This document shows positions 63,080 to 64,000 of a stretch of DNA of 64,000 bases, piece after piece; the stretch's first letter is position 1, and the number at the start of each line of letters is the position of its first letter. The DNA is from Mytilus trossulus (taxonomy: Eukaryota). The position numbers were made by a program, and so were the translations under genes. The DNA lies in contig NC_086376.1 of assembly GCF_036588685.1 (NCBI RefSeq), positions 7,254,001-7,318,000 on the forward strand, written 5' to 3'. The notes below the pieces were generated by a model that had not been told where the DNA came from, made no database searches, and was given only the letters and a program-made list of their open reading frames with translations.

Positions 63080-63700
63080 TTGTCGATACCTTAGCTGGTG
63101 GAATATCAACCCCTGTTAGTATCATCAACACATCATTCATAACTTCGGTACAGACATGATTTAAAACCATCTTCTTTTAAATTGCCGATAATAAATTAAG
63201 AAATTAGTGTAGAAACTCAGGATAATTGGACATGAGATATTTTATGTTCCTTTTGGCCATTTACCTGTTAAAATTATTTGGTTCTGCATTCCTGTCTTTC
63301 ACATATTCGGCTTTGAGACTTCCTAATCAAGTGAAATAAATTAAAAACGCTTGGGAAGCATGTCATTAATAACGTGCTGATTTTATATTTTTAGCACCCA
63401 GTCGATAACACTGCTGGTAGAGTATCCGAGGGTAACAACAGCTCAGTTGTCAATATATCGTTACTGACATGATTTTTTTTTTAATTGTCGGATTATGAGT
63501 TAAGAATTATTAATAAACTAGGTTTCAAATCCTTCTGGCAAAGTTGACCATTTAAGGATTCGGCTATTATTTTTAGATCAGTTCTTAAGCATATTTGGAT
63601 TTGAAATATTTAAAAGCTTTAAGCGTTCCTTATGAAGACTTATCCAGAAAAGCACTTCCATCGTATGAAGTTAATTTAAAGTGTTATTTCAATTTTTACC
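63080..63700 (+). repeat. Highly degenerate tandem retrozyme-like repeat (third subfamily)
   Basis: GCGTTCCTTATGAAGACTTATCCAGAAAAGCACTTC (~63623-63658) resembles a decayed CUGAUGA...GAAA...UUC hammerhead; a related unit lies ~310 bp upstream. Confidence 0.4.
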
Positions 63701-64000
63701 ACATTGCAGTTTTTCACATTTCTTTATAAAACTGTCGCCGCGATATAGATTTTTTGTGCTAATGCGGCGTTAAACGAAAACAATCAATCAATTCACCTTG
63801 TATTATTTTTGTTTTATTCATTTGACTTTCTAGTCTCGATACAAACAAACCTGTGTCCTTTTTTCCCAACAATGTTGTGATAAAAATACTAACAGTTGAT
63901 TTTACGTATACAAGTAAATTGAAACAGTAGTACAATAAATAGAGTACATACACTTTTATATCTATATTTAATAAGCAGATCACAACGATTAATAAAAAAA

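Noticed and set aside
51270-64000. Numerous 60-120 aa ORFs in the last 13 kb and in other AT-rich intervals
   Set aside because: Low-complexity translations that fall within repeats, with no domains or consistent splice structure. Small exons of an unrecognised gene cannot be excluded.

Overview
AT-rich animal genomic DNA, most likely a bivalve such as Mytilus (inferred from the repeat families, hammerhead retrozymes and RING-less B-box gene expansion; not confirmed by search). (1) 1-5151 is the right end of an endogenous Polinton/Maverick (adintovirus-like) element, GC-rich over 1-1780. It has a minor capsid (penton) gene, then a gene that reconstructs, after repairing one 1-nt deletion, as C2H2 finger - Pro-rich repeat - A32-type packaging ATPase - zinc finger - acidic linker - adenain-type cysteine protease. 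An adenain consensus cleavage site (LTGA/G) lies just after the ATPase. A PC4-like ssDNA-binding ORF and an ACTACT terminus follow. The element is interrupted by a 2.1-kb TIR element and abutted by a 4.06-kb long-TIR element. (2) An 11-coding-exon stomatin-like protein 2 gene (STOML2, 372 aa) lies at 12218-21885. (3) A cluster of RING-less TRIM-like genes (B-box/B-box/coiled-coil/beta-propeller, intronless CDS) lies at 28-51 kb as repeated convergent A(+)/B(-) pairs: 3 intact genes, 1 propeller-only truncated copy and 3 pseudogenes. (4) About ten type I hammerhead-ribozyme (retrozyme) repeats are present, including a tandem 356-nt unit. The rest is MITEs, a Helitron, LINE and Penelope-like remnants and a minisatellite.
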